NCBI GenBank assembly: GCA_036262515.1
Contig: DATAIT010000086.1
Coordinates: 3,194 to 67,193, forward strand
DNA from: Acidimicrobiales bacterium
GTDB lineage: Bacteria > Actinomycetota > Acidimicrobiia > Acidimicrobiales > GCA-2861595
Direction of reading: 5' to 3'
Length of the DNA stretch: 64,000 nt
The notes under the pieces are model-generated. The model worked only from the letters and a program-made list of their open reading frames with translations, searched no databases and was not told where the DNA came from. This document shows, piece after piece, positions 63,102-64,000 of this stretch. A program made the position numbers and the translations under genes. Each line of letters starts with the position of its first letter. Position 1 is the stretch's first letter.

Positions 63102-64000
63102 ATGCGTCCAACCGGCATGCGCAAACTCCTGACACTCGCCACCGGCGTGGGCATTGCCCTCGCTGCCGCCGTACTCACCGCAGGACCGGCCGCCGCCTGC
63201 GGGGGGCTGGTCGCACCGAACGGCACCGTCCGCCTGCTCCGTACGAGCACGCTGGCCGCCTACACGGCCGGTGTCGAGCACTACGTCACGTCGTTCCAGT
63301 TCGCCGGCGGGGGCGCCGAGGTCGGCTCCATCGTTCCCCTGCCTGGCATCCCCACCAAGGTCGAGCGAGGCGGCGACTGGACGCTCCAGCGTCTGCAACG
63401 CGAGACCCAGCCCGTGCTCGAGCGGTTCGCCGCCGACGGTGTCGCCCAGGCCGCCTCCGCACCCGAGGCCCAGGTCATCCTGGAGACCCGCATCGACGCG
63501 CTCGACGTTACGGTCCTGAAGGGCGGCGGCACGGCGGTGGGCGACTGGGCCCGCGAGCACGGCTTCGCCCTGACTCCCGACGCGCCCGAGGTGCTCGACT
63601 TCTATGCGAAGCGCAGCCCGATCTTCATGGCGGCCCGCTTCGACGCCACCGCTGCGCGCGCCGCCGGCCAGGGCATCGGCGACGGCACTCCGATCCACCT
63701 CACCATCCCGACCGACGCTCCGTGGGTCCCCATCAAGATCCTGGCCCTCGGCCGGGCCGAGCAGGAACGGGTCGAGGCGGACGTGTACCTGCTCACCGAC
63801 GAGCGGCCCACACTCCTCGCCGGTGCCGGGCTGCGCACCGAGCGCAGCGAGGCGGCCTCGGCGTCGCTCCTCGACGACCTGCGCTCGGACAAGGGCATGG
63901 AGTGGATGCCCCGCGACATGCACCTCACCTATCTCCGCGTCGAGGGCACCCGTGACCAGCTCGACCACGACCTGGCCATCAGTCCCACCGGCGGGGTGCC
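63102..64000 (+). CDS. DUF2330-like secreted protein, 3'-truncated by the window edge
   Basis: Absent from the ORF track because it has no stop in the window. My translation: MRPTGMRKLLTLATGVGIALAAAVLTAGPAAACGGLVAPNGTVRL...VTSFQFAGGG...IVPLPGIPTKVERGGDW... Confidence 0.7.
   Translation, partial: MRPTGMRKLLTLATGVGIALAAAVLTAGPAAACGGLVAPNGTVRLLRTSTLAAYTAGVEHYVTSFQFAGGGAEVGSIVPLPGIPTKVERGGDWTLQRLQRETQPVLERFAADGVAQAASAPEAQVILETRIDALDVTVLKGGGTAVGDWAREHGFALTPDAPEVLDFYAKRSPIFMAARFDATAARAAGQGIGDGTPIHLTIPTDAPWVPIKILALGRAEQERVEADVYLLTDERPTLLAGAGLRTERSEAASASLLDDLRSDKGMEWMPRDMHLTYLRVEGTRDQLDHDLAISPTGGV

Overview
Very GC-rich, gene-dense chromosomal window, consistent with Actinomycetota (possibly Acidimicrobiia-like; this is a guess from composition and gene content). 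I call about 50 CDS and one tRNA-Leu. No CRISPR array, transposase, integrase or rRNA was seen. Many stop/start junctions overlap by 4 nt (ATGA or GTGA). Many long ORFs in the track are GC-driven artefacts or carry false N-terminal extensions, which I trimmed. Positions 1-18.6 kb and 54.4-64 kb hold housekeeping or miscellaneous genes: class V aminotransferase, sigma-70 factor, fumC, RipA-like NlpC/P60 hydrolase, Trx-NHL protein, quinone oxidoreductase, ArsC-family protein, PAP2 phosphatase, a PAS-GAF-PP2C-HATPase mega-regulator, two GNATs, a Cas4-like nuclease, tldD/pmbA, ppx, DUF501, a ferredoxin and DUF2330. Positions 18.6-54.4 kb form one large cell-envelope glycan locus, which is the main finding. 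A single Wzm/Wzt ABC exporter sits between two diverged, mirror-oriented copies of a methyltransferase/coiled-coil 'ruler' protein plus a ~1200-aa multi-domain glycosyltransferase. The locus also encodes a complete GDP-D-glycero-alpha-D-manno-heptose pathway with its own transaldolase, and a PpgS/DUF2304/GT-C lipid-linked sugar module coupled to an acyl-CoA synthetase and a GNAT. It further encodes a second GT-C (YfhO) operon, further glycosyltransferases (GT2 and GT4 families) and an operon-embedded secreted lipoprotein. All functional calls come from motif recognition by eye. No database search was run.
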